Source of the DNA: Planctopirus limnophila DSM 3776
GTDB taxonomy: Bacteria > Planctomycetota > Planctomycetia > Planctomycetales > Planctomycetaceae
NCBI RefSeq assembly: GCF_000092105.1
Contig: NC_014148.1
Coordinates: 1,140,001 to 1,172,000, forward strand
Length of the DNA: 32,000 nt
Reading direction: 5' to 3'
A program made the translations under genes and the position numbers. Position 1 is the first letter of the stretch. The number at the start of each line of letters is the position of its first letter. This document shows positions 21,140 through 30,171 of this stretch, piece after piece. Under the pieces are notes generated by a model. That model did no database searches. It saw nothing but the letters and a program-made list of their open reading frames with translations, and was not told the DNA's origin.

Positions 21140-21169
21140 TTGACAGAAAATGCAAAGTCACGGTGTATT
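21140..21169 (+). promoter_or_regulatory. Candidate sigma-70 promoter (TTGACA-18 nt-TGTATT) for the FGE-like gene
   Basis: Perfect -35 at 21140-21145 and a weak -10 at 21164-21169. It would give a 5' UTR of roughly 300 nt. This is a motif match only. Confidence 0.25.
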
Positions 21170-21426
21170 GTGGCTGGTCACTGAAAAACTCAATCATGAC
21201 GACGATTTCCACCAGATTTAGCCAGTTCCCAGGTCATATCAGATTTGCCGGAGGGTTCCGGAGAGGTTAGACTGGTAAACCTGCTAACAATCTCACCTTG
21301 ATCCCTGCCCATAATGTTCTGTTTCTTTTGGTTGATGGATGAAGCTGGATGCATCACTGGATCCAGTCATACGTTGACGAAAGATTTTTCAATGAGTCAA
21401 GGTGTGTGCGAACGTAGATTCTCGAA

Positions 21427-21447
21427 GTTTACCAGCAGTTGGTAAAC
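21427..21447 (+). promoter_or_regulatory. Perfect 8-bp inverted repeat GTTTACCA-GCAGT-TGGTAAAC just upstream of the FGE-like RBS
   Basis: Arms at 21427-21434 and 21440-21447, about 12 nt before the AGGAA SD and 24 nt before the ATG at 21471. It could be an operator or a 5'-UTR hairpin. Confidence 0.35.
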
Positions 21448-21470
21448 CCATTGATTTTCAGGAACAGCGA

Positions 21471-22550
21471 ATGCGTTTGAGAACATTCATGATCGATCTC
21501 GTCGGGCTTCGTTCAGTGCTTCAACTGGCGGTCGCGATGGCCGTCGGTACATCGGCCGTCACAGCAACAGCCGCTGACCCGTTGCCACCGAGCATGAAGC
21601 CTTATACCGAAACGATTGGCAATACCGACATCACCTTCAAGATGCTCCCCATTCCCGGTGGGGAATTTGTGATGGGGAGCCCCGATTCGGAAGAAGGCCG
21701 CAAGCCGGATGAAGGTCCGCAGCATACCGTGAAGATCGAGCCCTTCTGGATGGGTGCGACGGAAGTGACCTGGGATGAATACGACATCTGGTCGTACAAC
21801 CTGGATATTCAGCGTCGGCAGTTTACCGGTGAAGCCCCCACGGCACGTGATAAAGTGGCCGACCTGGTTGCACGGCCGACCAAGCCTTACACCGATATGA
21901 CGTTTGGCATGGGCCAGAAAGGCTATCCCGCCATCTGCATGACTCAGCATGCAGCGAAGAAGTATTGCGAATGGCTTTCGGCCAAGACCGGACACTATTA
22001 CCGTTTGCCGACGGAAGCTGAGTGGGAATATGCCTGCCGCGCAGGCACAACCACCCCTTATTCCTTCGGCGACGATGTCTCGAAGTTAGGGGATTATGCG
22101 TGGTACTTCGAGAACTCCAGCGAAAAGTACCAGCAGGTGGGCCAGAAGAAACCCAATCCGTGGGGCCTGTTCGACATGCACGGCAACGTCTCTGAGTGGT
22201 GCATAGACAAGTATGATCCCGAGTTTTACGCCACTTTCAAGAAGGGTGAGATCCCGGTCAATCCTGTGAACATCCCTATCACCGAGTACCCACGTGTCGC
22301 TCGAGGTGGATCATGGGATGATGATCCCGAAGTGCTCCGCAGTGCATCACGCATTCCTTCTTCGGATGAATGGAAGATTCAGGATCCGAACCTGCCCAAG
22401 TCGGTCTGGTACATGACCGATGCCTTGCAGGTCGGCTTCCGCGTCGTGCGGCCGCTCACGCCTCCTTCAGCCGAAGAGCGTAAGGCGAGAACCTACGATG
22501 CCATTCTGCCATCGGATGCTCGCGAGAACCCTAATCGTAAAGTTGATTGA
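21471..22550 (+). CDS. Formylglycine-generating enzyme family protein (SUMF1/FGE-sulfatase domain), secreted
   Basis: Motifs [23 protein letters not shown] and [10 protein letters not shown]. Signal peptide [24 protein letters not shown] at 21471 with AGGAA 6 nt upstream. Confidence 0.85.
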   Translation: MRLRTFMIDLVGLRSVLQLAVAMAVGTSAVTATAADPLPPSMKPYTETIGNTDITFKMLPIPGGEFVMGSPDSEEGRKPDEGPQHTVKIEPFWMGATEVTWDEYDIWSYNLDIQRRQFTGEAPTARDKVADLVARPTKPYTDMTFGMGQKGYPAICMTQHAAKKYCEWLSAKTGHYYRLPTEAEWEYACRAGTTTPYSFGDDVSKLGDYAWYFENSSEKYQQVGQKKPNPWGLFDMHGNVSEWCIDKYDPEFYATFKKGEIPVNPVNIPITEYPRVARGGSWDDDPEVLRSASRIPSSDEWKIQDPNLPKSVWYMTDALQVGFRVVRPLTPPSAEERKARTYDAILPSDARENPNRKVD

Positions 22551-22709
22551 AGTCATTCGGGGTGGTCCGGCCAACATGTGGCCGGGTGGTCGTGCGATGG
22601 GCACGATCACAAGAAGCTGCGCCATACGCGTTCCATCTAACGTGTGACGTGGAGTAGAATCAAGTATCTGGGGTCGAATGAAGTCTCTGCCCTCGACCAC
22701 GCGGGTAAA

Positions 22710-22761
22710 GACCACGCCCTTACGCAGTGTTCTGATTTGGGGCCTTCAGGGCGTGCCACCC
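22710..22761. repeat. Dispersed intergenic repeat, family A, copy 2
   Basis: GACCACGCCCTTACGCA-(14 nt)-GGCCTTCAGGGCGTGCCACCC matches 2566-2605 apart from a 12-nt insertion next to a 2-nt substitution. CACGCCCT / AGGGCGTG form an 8-bp hairpin. It lies between the convergent FGE-like and recG genes. Confidence 0.6.
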
Positions 22762-22785
22762 GTTGGCATATTGAGATAGGGGAAG

Positions 22786-22826
22786 ACCCTCACCCTGCGC
22801 TCTCCCAAGAGGACGCGGGCGAGGGT
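22786..22826. repeat. Imperfect palindrome related to repeat family B (..CTCTCCC..GAGGACGCGGGCGAGGG)
   Basis: 22809-22825 matches GAAGACGCGGGAGAAGG (28613-28629) at 14 of 17 positions. The arms ACCCTCACCCTGCG / CGCGGGCGAGGGT pair imperfectly. Confidence 0.45.
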
Positions 22827-22840
22827 TCCAGAGGGTACTC

Positions 22841-24952
22841 TCAACCGGATTGGGTGGTCTCTTCGAGTTTGTTGAAGCGTTCGTGAACCAAACGCCTGAG
22901 CGTCAAGAATTCGGGGGTATCGAACTGCCCGGAATCAATGAGTGACGTGGCCAGAGCCCGGGCCGTTTCGACGAGTTGTGCATCACGGATGAGATTGGCC
23001 CTTTTGAGTGGGGTCTGGCCATGTTGCCGGGTTCCCAGAACATCGCCATGTCCGCGAAGCTGAAAGTCGGCTTCCGCCACAGCGAATCCATCGTTGGTCT
23101 GTTCGAGTGTCTTGAGGCGGGAAAGGGCATCGGGGTCGGTCGACTTCGTGAACAGAAAACAGAACCCCTGCCTCGAACCACGTCCGACACGCCCGCGAAA
23201 CTGATGCAGCTGCGATAGGCCAAACTGTTCGGCATGATAGACAATCATCTGCGTTGCGGAAGGGACATCCACACCCACTTCAATCACGCTGGTGGCCACG
23301 AGCACATCCAGTTCATGTTCACGAAACTTCCGCATGGTTTCGGCTCGTAACTCGGGGGACATCCGGCCGTGCAAGAGCCCCACCCGAAACTGAGCCAGCT
23401 CTTTGGATTGCAAACGCTGGTACAGGTCCTCGGCGCTTTCCCAGGTCTGAGGAGCGGCTTGAACAATCTGTGGCGACGACGCTTGTTCGGAACTGCGGGT
23501 CGTTTCCACTTTGGGGCAAATCACGTAAGCCTGTCGACCTTCCGTCAGTTTGCTTTTGAGAAAATCCCAGGCTTTACGGGCACTGGGTGCATCGGTCACG
23601 ACATGCGTGGAAACGGGTTGTCGCCCGGGAGGCAGCTCGCGAATGATGGATAAATCCAGATCGCCAAACGCAGTCAGGCACAGTGTGCGAGGGATGGGCG
23701 TCGCAGTCATGACCAGCATGTGCGGGATGGTTGAGCCCTGGGCAAAACGCGCACGCTGCTCGACGCCGAACTTATGCTGCTCATCGATCACGACCAGTCC
23801 GGGCTTTGAAAATTTGACACCTTCCTGAATGAGTGACTGCGTACCGACAATCAATTGTGCTGAGCCCTCTTCGATTTCCGAAAGGGTTGTGCGTTTTTGA
23901 GCAGCCGTCAAAGAACCTGTCAACAGGCGACGCTCGACCTGGCTTTCGGCGAGCAACTCTTCGAGCGTTTCAAAATGCTGCCTGGCGAGAATCTCTGTCG
24001 GCGCCATCAGTATGGCCTGCATGCGGTTGGCCACAGCGACCAGCATGGCTGCAATGGCCACAGCCGTTTTTCCCGCGCCGACGTCGGCTTGAAGGAGTCG
24101 ATGCATGGGCCGCGTTTTCTCAAGATCTGTGAGAATCTCTTCGAGAGCCTCATTTTGTCCGTTCGTCCATTCAAAGGGGAACAGGCGGGCAATGCGAGCG
24201 CGAATGCGTTGATCAGCGGGTAAGGCAATCGCCTCCTGCTGTTCAATTCTCATGCGCCGGCGCAGTGCCAGCCCCAATTGAAATTCGAGGAGATCTTCGA
24301 GCAGCAAACGCTTGCGGGAACGTTCGTACTCTTCGAGAGATTGCGCCACATGGAGGCCACGGCAAGCCTCGCTGCGAGCCGGCCATTGATGAACCTGGCG
24401 AAAGCTGGCGGGAATCGGGTCGGTCAACAGGTGGGCACATTCTTCGACGGCGGCTCTGGTCATCCGTCGCATTTCGTGCATGGAGATCCCTTCAGTTAAG
24501 GGATATCGCGGCAGAATGCCGGGGCCAGCCTGTTCATCGTCCGATTCCAGCCGCTGGACAAGCGGATGAGACATTTCCCACCGTCCATCGCGAAGTTTCG
24601 GCTGGCCTGTCACCAGGAGGACGCTATCGGGTTCATACTTCCGAAAGACATAGGGCTGATTGAACCAGACGCAGCGCAAATAGCCACCATCGGCTTTGAG
24701 CAGGATGCCTACCATGCTGCGGCCACGGGAGATCCGGCTATCGCGGTCGACGACTATGCCGCGGAGAGTCTGTGTCGTGCCTTCAATCAATCCTTCGATG
24801 CGGGTGGTTCTGGTCAAATCCAGTACATCACGCGGCATCCACAAGAGGAGATCTTCGACAGTTAAAATGTCGAGCTTCGCCAGTAAAGCCGCTCGTTGCG
24901 GCCCCACGGTGCGTAAAAATTCCACAGGAGTCGAGGGGGAAAGTTCTGCCAC
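22841..24952 (-). CDS. recG: ATP-dependent DNA helicase RecG
   Basis: N-terminal wedge/OB region, Walker A ADVGAGKTAVA, DEQHKFGV box, helicase C-terminal motifs (VATSVIEVGVDVP, QLHQFRGRVGRG). Length is 703 aa. Confidence 0.95.
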   Translation of the reverse strand: MAELSPSTPVEFLRTVGPQRAALLAKLDILTVEDLLLWMPRDVLDLTRTTRIEGLIEGTTQTLRGIVVDRDSRISRGRSMVGILLKADGGYLRCVWFNQPYVFRKYEPDSVLLVTGQPKLRDGRWEMSHPLVQRLESDDEQAGPGILPRYPLTEGISMHEMRRMTRAAVEECAHLLTDPIPASFRQVHQWPARSEACRGLHVAQSLEEYERSRKRLLLEDLLEFQLGLALRRRMRIEQQEAIALPADQRIRARIARLFPFEWTNGQNEALEEILTDLEKTRPMHRLLQADVGAGKTAVAIAAMLVAVANRMQAILMAPTEILARQHFETLEELLAESQVERRLLTGSLTAAQKRTTLSEIEEGSAQLIVGTQSLIQEGVKFSKPGLVVIDEQHKFGVEQRARFAQGSTIPHMLVMTATPIPRTLCLTAFGDLDLSIIRELPPGRQPVSTHVVTDAPSARKAWDFLKSKLTEGRQAYVICPKVETTRSSEQASSPQIVQAAPQTWESAEDLYQRLQSKELAQFRVGLLHGRMSPELRAETMRKFREHELDVLVATSVIEVGVDVPSATQMIVYHAEQFGLSQLHQFRGRVGRGSRQGFCFLFTKSTDPDALSRLKTLEQTNDGFAVAEADFQLRGHGDVLGTRQHGQTPLKRANLIRDAQLVETARALATSLIDSGQFDTPEFLTLRRLVHERFNKLEETTQSG

Positions 24953-25108
24953 AACGGCATTCTAGCCCAAGTTCGCCTGCCGACGGAATTGACGCCGGGA
25001 AACTCGTCACATAGCCTGACAATAACTCCCAACGACGATTTTCTCTTTCGTCGATGGAGTGACAGTGTCAATGGCCCGGAAAGCAACGCGGGCCAGATCA
25101 ATTTTGCA

Positions 25109-25630
25109 ATGGAAAGCGAATCCATGTCCATGGGATTTGATGATCAGGATGTCGTCTCGGCAGAAACCATGCATGGGCATGATTGGCCTTGCCTGCGGCA
25201 GTTCTGCGTGTTTCTTGAAAATCGAGTCGGTCGGCTCAATGAATTGATGCGGCTGCTGGAATCGGCAGACACGCGTGTCATTGCTGTCTCGCTGGTCGAT
25301 TCTGTCGATTTTGCGATGGCCCGGCTGATGTTCAGCAATGCCGAGCGTGCGCGGGAAAAGCTGGAACTCTCCGGCTTTGCCTTCAGTGAAAGCGACGTGA
25401 TTGGGGTGCTGCTTCCCGATGGGGACAAGCCGATGTCAAGCGTCTGTACAGAGTTGGTTAAGGCGGAAATCAATATCCATCATGCCTATCCGCTGCTCTT
25501 CCGGAAAAATGGGATGGGAGCCGTTGCACTATTTGTGGACGACAATGACCGTGCTGCACAGGCGCTACGGGCGGCCGGCATGGAAATTCTGACAGATGGT
25601 TCACTGCTGGATGATGACGAGTCTTTTTAG
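25109..25630 (+). CDS. ACT-domain (amino-acid-binding regulatory fold) protein, tandem ACT-like halves
   Basis: FCVFLENRVGRLNELMRLLESADTRVIAVSLVDSVDFAMARLMFSNAERAREKLELSGF matches the typical small ACT protein pattern, and a second half follows (VCTELVKAEINIHHAY). The start is uncertain: ATG at 25109, 25124 (GGAAAG SD) or 25130. The TTG at 24989 is rejected. Confidence 0.65.
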   Translation: MESESMSMGFDDQDVVSAETMHGHDWPCLRQFCVFLENRVGRLNELMRLLESADTRVIAVSLVDSVDFAMARLMFSNAERAREKLELSGFAFSESDVIGVLLPDGDKPMSSVCTELVKAEINIHHAYPLLFRKNGMGAVALFVDDNDRAAQALRAAGMEILTDGSLLDDDESF

Positions 25631-25694
25631 CGGATTGATGAACGTTATCATTCGGATTCCAATAATAAATTACGCTCCCTGGAATGGGGTGGCC

Positions 25695-25761
25695 GGGGGT
25701 GAGCGTCTTCGTGAACCCCCAGATCGTGCCGAAGATTGCTGGGGGTTCGAAGACTCAACCC
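25695..25761. other. Long imperfect stem-loop (16-bp core stem with a 2-nt bulge, plus an outer 5-bp helix)
   Basis: GTCTTCG-tg-AACCCCCAG (25704-25721) pairs with CTGGGGGTT-CGAAGAC (25738-25753). GGGGT (25695-25699) pairs with ACCCC (25757-25761). It lies in the 3' region of the ACT gene, between convergent genes. Confidence 0.6.
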
Positions 25762-25784
25762 CAGCCACCGGCCGCCATCAAAAT

Positions 25785-25830
25785 ACAAAAAGATCCTGAC
25801 TATCGATCGATAATCAGGATCTTTGTTATA
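25785..25830. terminator. Bidirectional rho-independent terminator (strongest on the minus strand, ending the fasciclin transcript)
   Basis: Near-perfect palindrome at 25789-25824 (AAAGATCCTGACTATCGATCGATAATCAGGATCTTT, one mismatch). On the minus strand the stem runs into TTTTTGTATTT. It lies about 27 nt past the fasciclin stop. Confidence 0.75.
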
Positions 25831-25851
25831 TGAGCAATGAGCAGACGAGGC

Positions 25852-26478
25852 TTACGGAATCAGAACGGTATCGATGACGTGGATGACGCCGTTCGAGGCT
25901 CCGATGTCGGTCTTGACGACCTTGGAGCTGTTGACCTTCACGCCGTCGGTGGTGTCGATCTTCAGGACGCCGCCCTGAACGGTCTTGGCTTCCTTGAGCT
26001 TCACCACGTCGGCTGCCATCACCTTACCAGGGACAACATGGTAGGTGAGAATCGCGACGAGCTTGGCCTTGTTTTCTGGCTTGAGCAGGTCGGCAATGGC
26101 GGCATCGCCCAGCTTGGCGAATGCTTCATCTGTGGGGGCGAAGACGGTGAATGGACCTGGGCCCTTCAAGGTTTCGACCAGACCGCCAGCCTTCACCGCG
26201 GCAACCAGAGTCTTGAAGCTTCCAGCACCCACAGCGACGTCGACAATGTCGCCACCCTTGGCAGCAGGAGCGGCTTCGGCGGGGGGAGCAGGTGCTTCCG
26301 GCACGGCAGATTCCACATAGGTGGTGGCTGCGACTGCAGCGGCGGGAGCATGTGTCGTGTAGGTCGTTGGGCAAACCTGTGCCTGACGGGTACGACGGCC
26401 AGCTTCTGCCTGACCTGAGGAGAGGATCAAGCCGGAGGCAACACATGCCAACAAAAGACCAGTGCCAATGCGGTTCAT
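25852..26478 (-). CDS. Fasciclin (FAS1) domain protein, secreted
   Basis: FAS1 motifs [24 protein letters not shown] and [13 protein letters not shown]. It has a signal peptide and an Ala/Pro-rich linker. AGGAG lies 8 nt upstream of the ATG. Confidence 0.9.
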   Translation of the reverse strand: MNRIGTGLLLACVASGLILSSGQAEAGRRTRQAQVCPTTYTTHAPAAAVAATTYVESAVPEAPAPPAEAAPAAKGGDIVDVAVGAGSFKTLVAAVKAGGLVETLKGPGPFTVFAPTDEAFAKLGDAAIADLLKPENKAKLVAILTYHVVPGKVMAADVVKLKEAKTVQGGVLKIDTTDGVKVNSSKVVKTDIGASNGVIHVIDTVLIP

Positions 26479-26627
26479 TTCAGATACTCCTGAGAAGCGT
26501 GAGTTGAGAACACCTGAAAGGTTCTAGGCACTGATTATGAATCGACAACCACTTTCTTGTTAAAACAATTAAAGTCCCTCATGGATCCATCGTGAACGTG
26601 AATTCGTGCTCTTCAAGAGGAGCATCT

Positions 26628-28169
26628 TCAGAATTCAGCCTTGTATTTTCTGGTCAGGAGACTGCGGATTTCGATCAAGCCTTCGCGAATCTGTTTCATC
26701 TCTGAAAGCTGCACGGTTTTGGCATTCGCATTGACAGTGAGGTCAATCGTCATGCCGTCGCCATTCGAAGCGTAACCAGCAGTGCTCCAGGCTCCATAAG
26801 GATTGGCCTGAGCCATGGCGTAATACGAATCGGCTCCACTGGCAGCACGCAATACGCCACGTTGTAGCCCGGCATTCCTCAAAGCGTTGGCCTGATATCG
26901 CAAAGAACTGCTGACTCTGCGACCATAGTTCAACAAATCTTCGTCGACATTGAGCAAAGGGAGTTTGTCGAGTTTATCGGCACTGCGTTCGAGCATGGTC
27001 ATGTGATTATCGCGTGATCGCTTCATCGCATCCTGGAGATCGTCGAGCAGCGTATCAACCGAGTGGAAGTATTTCTGCGAAGCGGCGACAGTCAATTGTT
27101 CTGTGCTGGGTGGCTGGGCTGTGGAAGGGGTATTTCCTGCAGATCCGCTGTGTTCGAGCGGGTTTTTTAAGAGGCTGAGAATGCGGCGGACTTCGGCTGC
27201 TGTCAGACTTCCTTCGCCAATGATCGAATGCGACTCAACGCGCCATGTCCAGTCTTCGGCAGCACCGGGTGAGGCTCCCAAAGCCTGTAATCCCTGAGGG
27301 ACTAAGACTTTCACCAGTGGTGTCAGAGCGGCTGCAGACTGTTCAAAATGGACCACGAGTCTGCCACGAATCGCATCCTCCACGGTCACTTCGAGTTTGG
27401 CCGACTGCAATGAACTGAGCACGCTGGTCGCGTTGGCTGTGTTGACACCCTTGACTTTCGCTTCATTAACCAGAGTCTCGACAAACCGCCCGGCAGTGGC
27501 AGAACTGAGGCTGTCTCGAAGGTCAACCACCATGCCGATGACGGCTGTGGGAGATCGTGTGGCGTACTCTTCACACAGTAGTGTGCCGGGGCGGGAATTG
27601 TTCGCCGCTCCCTTTTCGAGCCAGCGCGACAATGCCTGGCGACCGCCGCGACCTGTTGAGAGCCAAAGACCATCGGCTGTTTCAACGACCCACTGGCCGT
27701 CACGAGTGAGGGTGGCAGGTCTCTCGGAAAGTTTTTCCATTTTTGCACCCGTCATGAGGGACAGGCTGTCGAGCGTGAGGCGTGGTGAGGGAACACCGAT
27801 GGAGTAATCCTGTCGTGTCGGAAGTCCCGGCTCGAAATCCATCTGGGCGGCCAACAGCAAACGATCGAGGCCGGGAACAAGAATGGTGGTTTTGTTGACG
27901 AAGCCAGCCCGCGACTTTTCTTCCCAACCTTCGCGAAGAGCCAGAGGGCTCTTGTAAAGGGTAGCCGCATCGACCCAGGCGGCGACGTTCGCATCTTCTG
28001 GTAACCAGTTTTGAGGTTCGTGGGCGGCTGCGTTAGACACACTCGATATATGGAGGAATCCACAGGCGAATAAAGCCAACGAGAGTCGCAGGGGAGTGGT
28101 GGCTTGTGGCCAAGTCCATCGGCGGAGATTCCGACCAGAAGCGAGCAGGAAATTGACCACGAATCCCAC
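26628..28169 (-). CDS. Secreted protein of unknown function (513 aa), no family recognised
   Basis: Long ORF with a hydrophobic N-terminal signal (LRLSLALFACGFLHISSVSNAAA-HE) preceded by an RR pair. The GTG at 28160 has a better SD (AAGGTGG, 5-nt spacer) than the GTG at 28169. I recognise no motifs. Confidence 0.6.
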   Translation of the reverse strand: MGFVVNFLLASGRNLRRWTWPQATTPLRLSLALFACGFLHISSVSNAAAHEPQNWLPEDANVAAWVDAATLYKSPLALREGWEEKSRAGFVNKTTILVPGLDRLLLAAQMDFEPGLPTRQDYSIGVPSPRLTLDSLSLMTGAKMEKLSERPATLTRDGQWVVETADGLWLSTGRGGRQALSRWLEKGAANNSRPGTLLCEEYATRSPTAVIGMVVDLRDSLSSATAGRFVETLVNEAKVKGVNTANATSVLSSLQSAKLEVTVEDAIRGRLVVHFEQSAAALTPLVKVLVPQGLQALGASPGAAEDWTWRVESHSIIGEGSLTAAEVRRILSLLKNPLEHSGSAGNTPSTAQPPSTEQLTVAASQKYFHSVDTLLDDLQDAMKRSRDNHMTMLERSADKLDKLPLLNVDEDLLNYGRRVSSSLRYQANALRNAGLQRGVLRAASGADSYYAMAQANPYGAWSTAGYASNGDGMTIDLTVNANAKTVQLSEMKQIREGLIEIRSLLTRKYKAEF

Positions 28170-28538
28170 CTTTCACTCACCACAGTAGTGTCACTCAGAA
28201 GTGTTCAAGAAGAGCCACAGCATACTCGATGAGCACGGTTTTGCATTTGAATTCGATGTGAATTCGTGTTGGCTGGTGATCCACTGCTGATGGAAACAGA
28301 CTTTGGCGTTTAGGGCTTGAAAGGGAGAGTGTTCGAGTTGGGCAGTGAGGTGCCAAGTTGATCAAGAGGGTCGGGAAGGGCATACCGAGAGGATCGTGAT
28401 TGGGCGGGAGCTTGTGATCCTGGAGCAATTGAGGCTGCTGGAACTTGGGGACGCGGCGATTGGCCACATCATGGAGTTGGGGAACAATGGTGGATGAGCC
28501 CGGGCCTCACTGACGAAGACGTGGGAGAAGGGGGAAGG

Positions 28539-28575
28539 GTTGGTGCATTTCGTCGGAACTTCATGCACCCTACAA
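28539..28575 (+). repeat. 37-nt repeat, family C, copy 1 (GTTGGTGCATTTCGTCGGAACTTCATGCACCCTACAA)
   Basis: Identical base for base to 30133-30169 and in the same orientation. It has an internal 7-bp inverted repeat GGTGCAT/ATGCACC. Confidence 0.9.
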
Positions 28576-28601
28576 ATTCAGGAAGGCGGCCATCATCCCG
28601 G

Positions 28602-28629
28602 CCTTCTCCCGCGAAGACGCGGGAGAAGG
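28602..28629. repeat. Perfect palindrome, repeat family B (CCTTCTCCCGC-GAAGAC-GCGGGAGAAGG)
   Basis: 11-bp arms at 28602-28612 and 28619-28629. The right half-site GAAGACGCGGGAGAAGG recurs at 28515-28531 (16 of 17 positions). It lies about 29 nt downstream of the stop of the 28658-30064 gene, with no T-run. Confidence 0.8.
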
Positions 28630-28657
28630 AGGAAGAGATAAGTCTTTTCGAAGTGGA

Positions 28658-30064
28658 TTACTTGTTTTCTGCTTCGGTTTTGGGAGGTTGTGGCTGGCTG
28701 GCTTTCACAAGGGCCTCGATCGAGAGTCTCAGGGCTTCGACTTCTTTTCGGAGAGATTCTTGCTGAGCCTTGATGGCCTGGATATCGGCACTGGGTTCGG
28801 CCTGGGGGAACGAGAGGCGTTCCATCCGTGCCAGTGGTGCGGTTTGAAGTCTGGGAGCGCCGGGAACTCCTGGTGCGGCTGGAGCCATGTTTGGCTGTCC
28901 GCTGCGCTGCTGCTGTTCCTTGATGATGCGATCCATTTTCTCGCGTTGCTCTTTGACGGCCTGTTCATATTGGCGGCGGGCATCATTCATGGCTTTTTCG
29001 GCTTGCTGCCGGGCTTCCTGTGTGGCTTCGGTGAACTGACCTTGAGGGACAGGCATGAAGCCCATGGAAGGCATGGGGGGCAAAGGCATGGCATGCGGGC
29101 CGGAAAGTCGGCCAAAAAGAGTACGAACCTGAGCCTGAACTTCGGGAGGGAGAGTGCTGATTTCGCTTTCGGAAACATCCCAGGTCGAATCGCCGCGTGT
29201 GACCTTGATTTTCCCTTCATCCTTGCCCGTCTTGGTGTAGTTAACCGTCATGTTCTCGGGCAGATGCTGTGACGTGGTCGTGACGAAGACAGGGCCGGCA
29301 ATCCGCATGCCTGTGCGTTGCCCTTCGACGGGAACTTCTGTGGAAGGCTTGAGAATCAGAATATTGCCGTCCTTGGTGGTGGTGACTTTGAAACTTCCCT
29401 GACCATCATCGGCGACAGAAACGACGACTTCAGTGGTATCATCACCCGCGGGTTCGGCAATCACGGTATAGGTTTGTGTCTCAGAATTGCTGGTGTCGTC
29501 AGAGTCAGATTTTTTCAGCGTAACTTTGCCCGATTGGACAATCACCTGACCGCTGCGGATCTCGCCATTTGCAGGCTGTTTGGCAATGGGCTGACCTGTC
29601 CGCGTGGTGTTTTTCTTTTCGGTTGTGGTGTTGTTTTTGCCGGGTGTGCCATCACTGATTTCCAGAGTGACGGAACCACTGCTGGAACTTTGAGTGAACC
29701 CTTGCGAGGACGATGTTCCAGAGCCCTGGCCACTTGATGGTGCACCAGAGCCGGAGTTATTCCCTGTGCCTGAACTGCCACCAGAGCCGGATGTACTGCC
29801 GGAACCAGAGGCTCCTCCGGAGGCAAAGGCACCGCCTGATGCGGAGGCTGTACCGAAGGCTGAGGCATTGCCCGAGGAAAAACCACCCGTGACTGACTGA
29901 CCAGTTTTGGGCTTCGCGGGCTGAGCTGTATTCTTTTTGAGGCGCGGTGAGGGAGCCTGTTCCTGAGGAGTTTTGATCTCATCGGCGATGATGTTCGCGG
30001 AGTGGGATGCCAGCACCGTGAGGATCAGGGCTGCCACAATTCGGGACCAGCGGGGAGTCTGCAT
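28658..30064 (-). CDS. Secreted protein of unknown function (468 aa): Gly/Ser-rich tract, beta-rich middle, coiled-coil C-terminus
   Basis: ATG with AAGGA 6 nt upstream. Signal peptide IVAALILTVLASHSANIIA. About 90 residues are G/S/T low complexity. The C-terminal part is rich in Q/E/K/R with a heptad-like pattern (EARQQAEKAMNDARRQYEQAVKEQREKMDRIIKEQQQ ... LRKEVEALRLSIEALVKA). No family recognised. Confidence 0.65.
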   Translation of the reverse strand: MQTPRWSRIVAALILTVLASHSANIIADEIKTPQEQAPSPRLKKNTAQPAKPKTGQSVTGGFSSGNASAFGTASASGGAFASGGASGSGSTSGSGGSSGTGNNSGSGAPSSGQGSGTSSSQGFTQSSSSGSVTLEISDGTPGKNNTTTEKKNTTRTGQPIAKQPANGEIRSGQVIVQSGKVTLKKSDSDDTSNSETQTYTVIAEPAGDDTTEVVVSVADDGQGSFKVTTTKDGNILILKPSTEVPVEGQRTGMRIAGPVFVTTTSQHLPENMTVNYTKTGKDEGKIKVTRGDSTWDVSESEISTLPPEVQAQVRTLFGRLSGPHAMPLPPMPSMGFMPVPQGQFTEATQEARQQAEKAMNDARRQYEQAVKEQREKMDRIIKEQQQRSGQPNMAPAAPGVPGAPRLQTAPLARMERLSFPQAEPSADIQAIKAQQESLRKEVEALRLSIEALVKASQPQPPKTEAENK

Positions 30065-30132
30065 GGGAAATCCTTAGAGAGAGCTAAGTTGGTTGTTAAG
30101 TGAAGTGATGATTCTTTAGAGAGAGGCGTGGA

Positions 30133-30169
30133 GTTGGTGCATTTCGTCGGAACTTCATGCACCCTACAA
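30133..30169 (+). repeat. 37-nt repeat, family C, copy 2
   Basis: Identical to 28539-28575. It lies between the anti-sigma stop (30216) and the start of the 468-aa gene (30064). Confidence 0.9.
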
Positions 30170-30171
30170 GA

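Noticed and set aside
25738-25762. GGTTCGAA, resembling a tRNA T-loop, raising the possibility of a tRNA or tmRNA-like gene
   Set aside because: There is no 5-bp T-stem around a 7-nt loop, and no acceptor, D or anticodon arms can be drawn. The sequence is the 3' arm of the long hairpin at 25704-25753.
26597-26612. GTGAATTCGTG shared between 26603-26613 and 28258-28268
   Set aside because: A single 11-mer match is expected many times by chance in 32 kb on two strands, and there is no extended similarity around it.
28555-28561. GGAACTT, the classical sigma-E/ECF -35 hexamer, inside every family C repeat copy, possibly giving ECF-driven antisense promoters
   Set aside because: The motif is on the + strand, where no gene lies downstream. 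No convincing -10 (TCNAA or CGT class) follows at 16-17 nt. It is most simply a coincidental part of the repeat. It could be revisited if antisense transcripts are seen.
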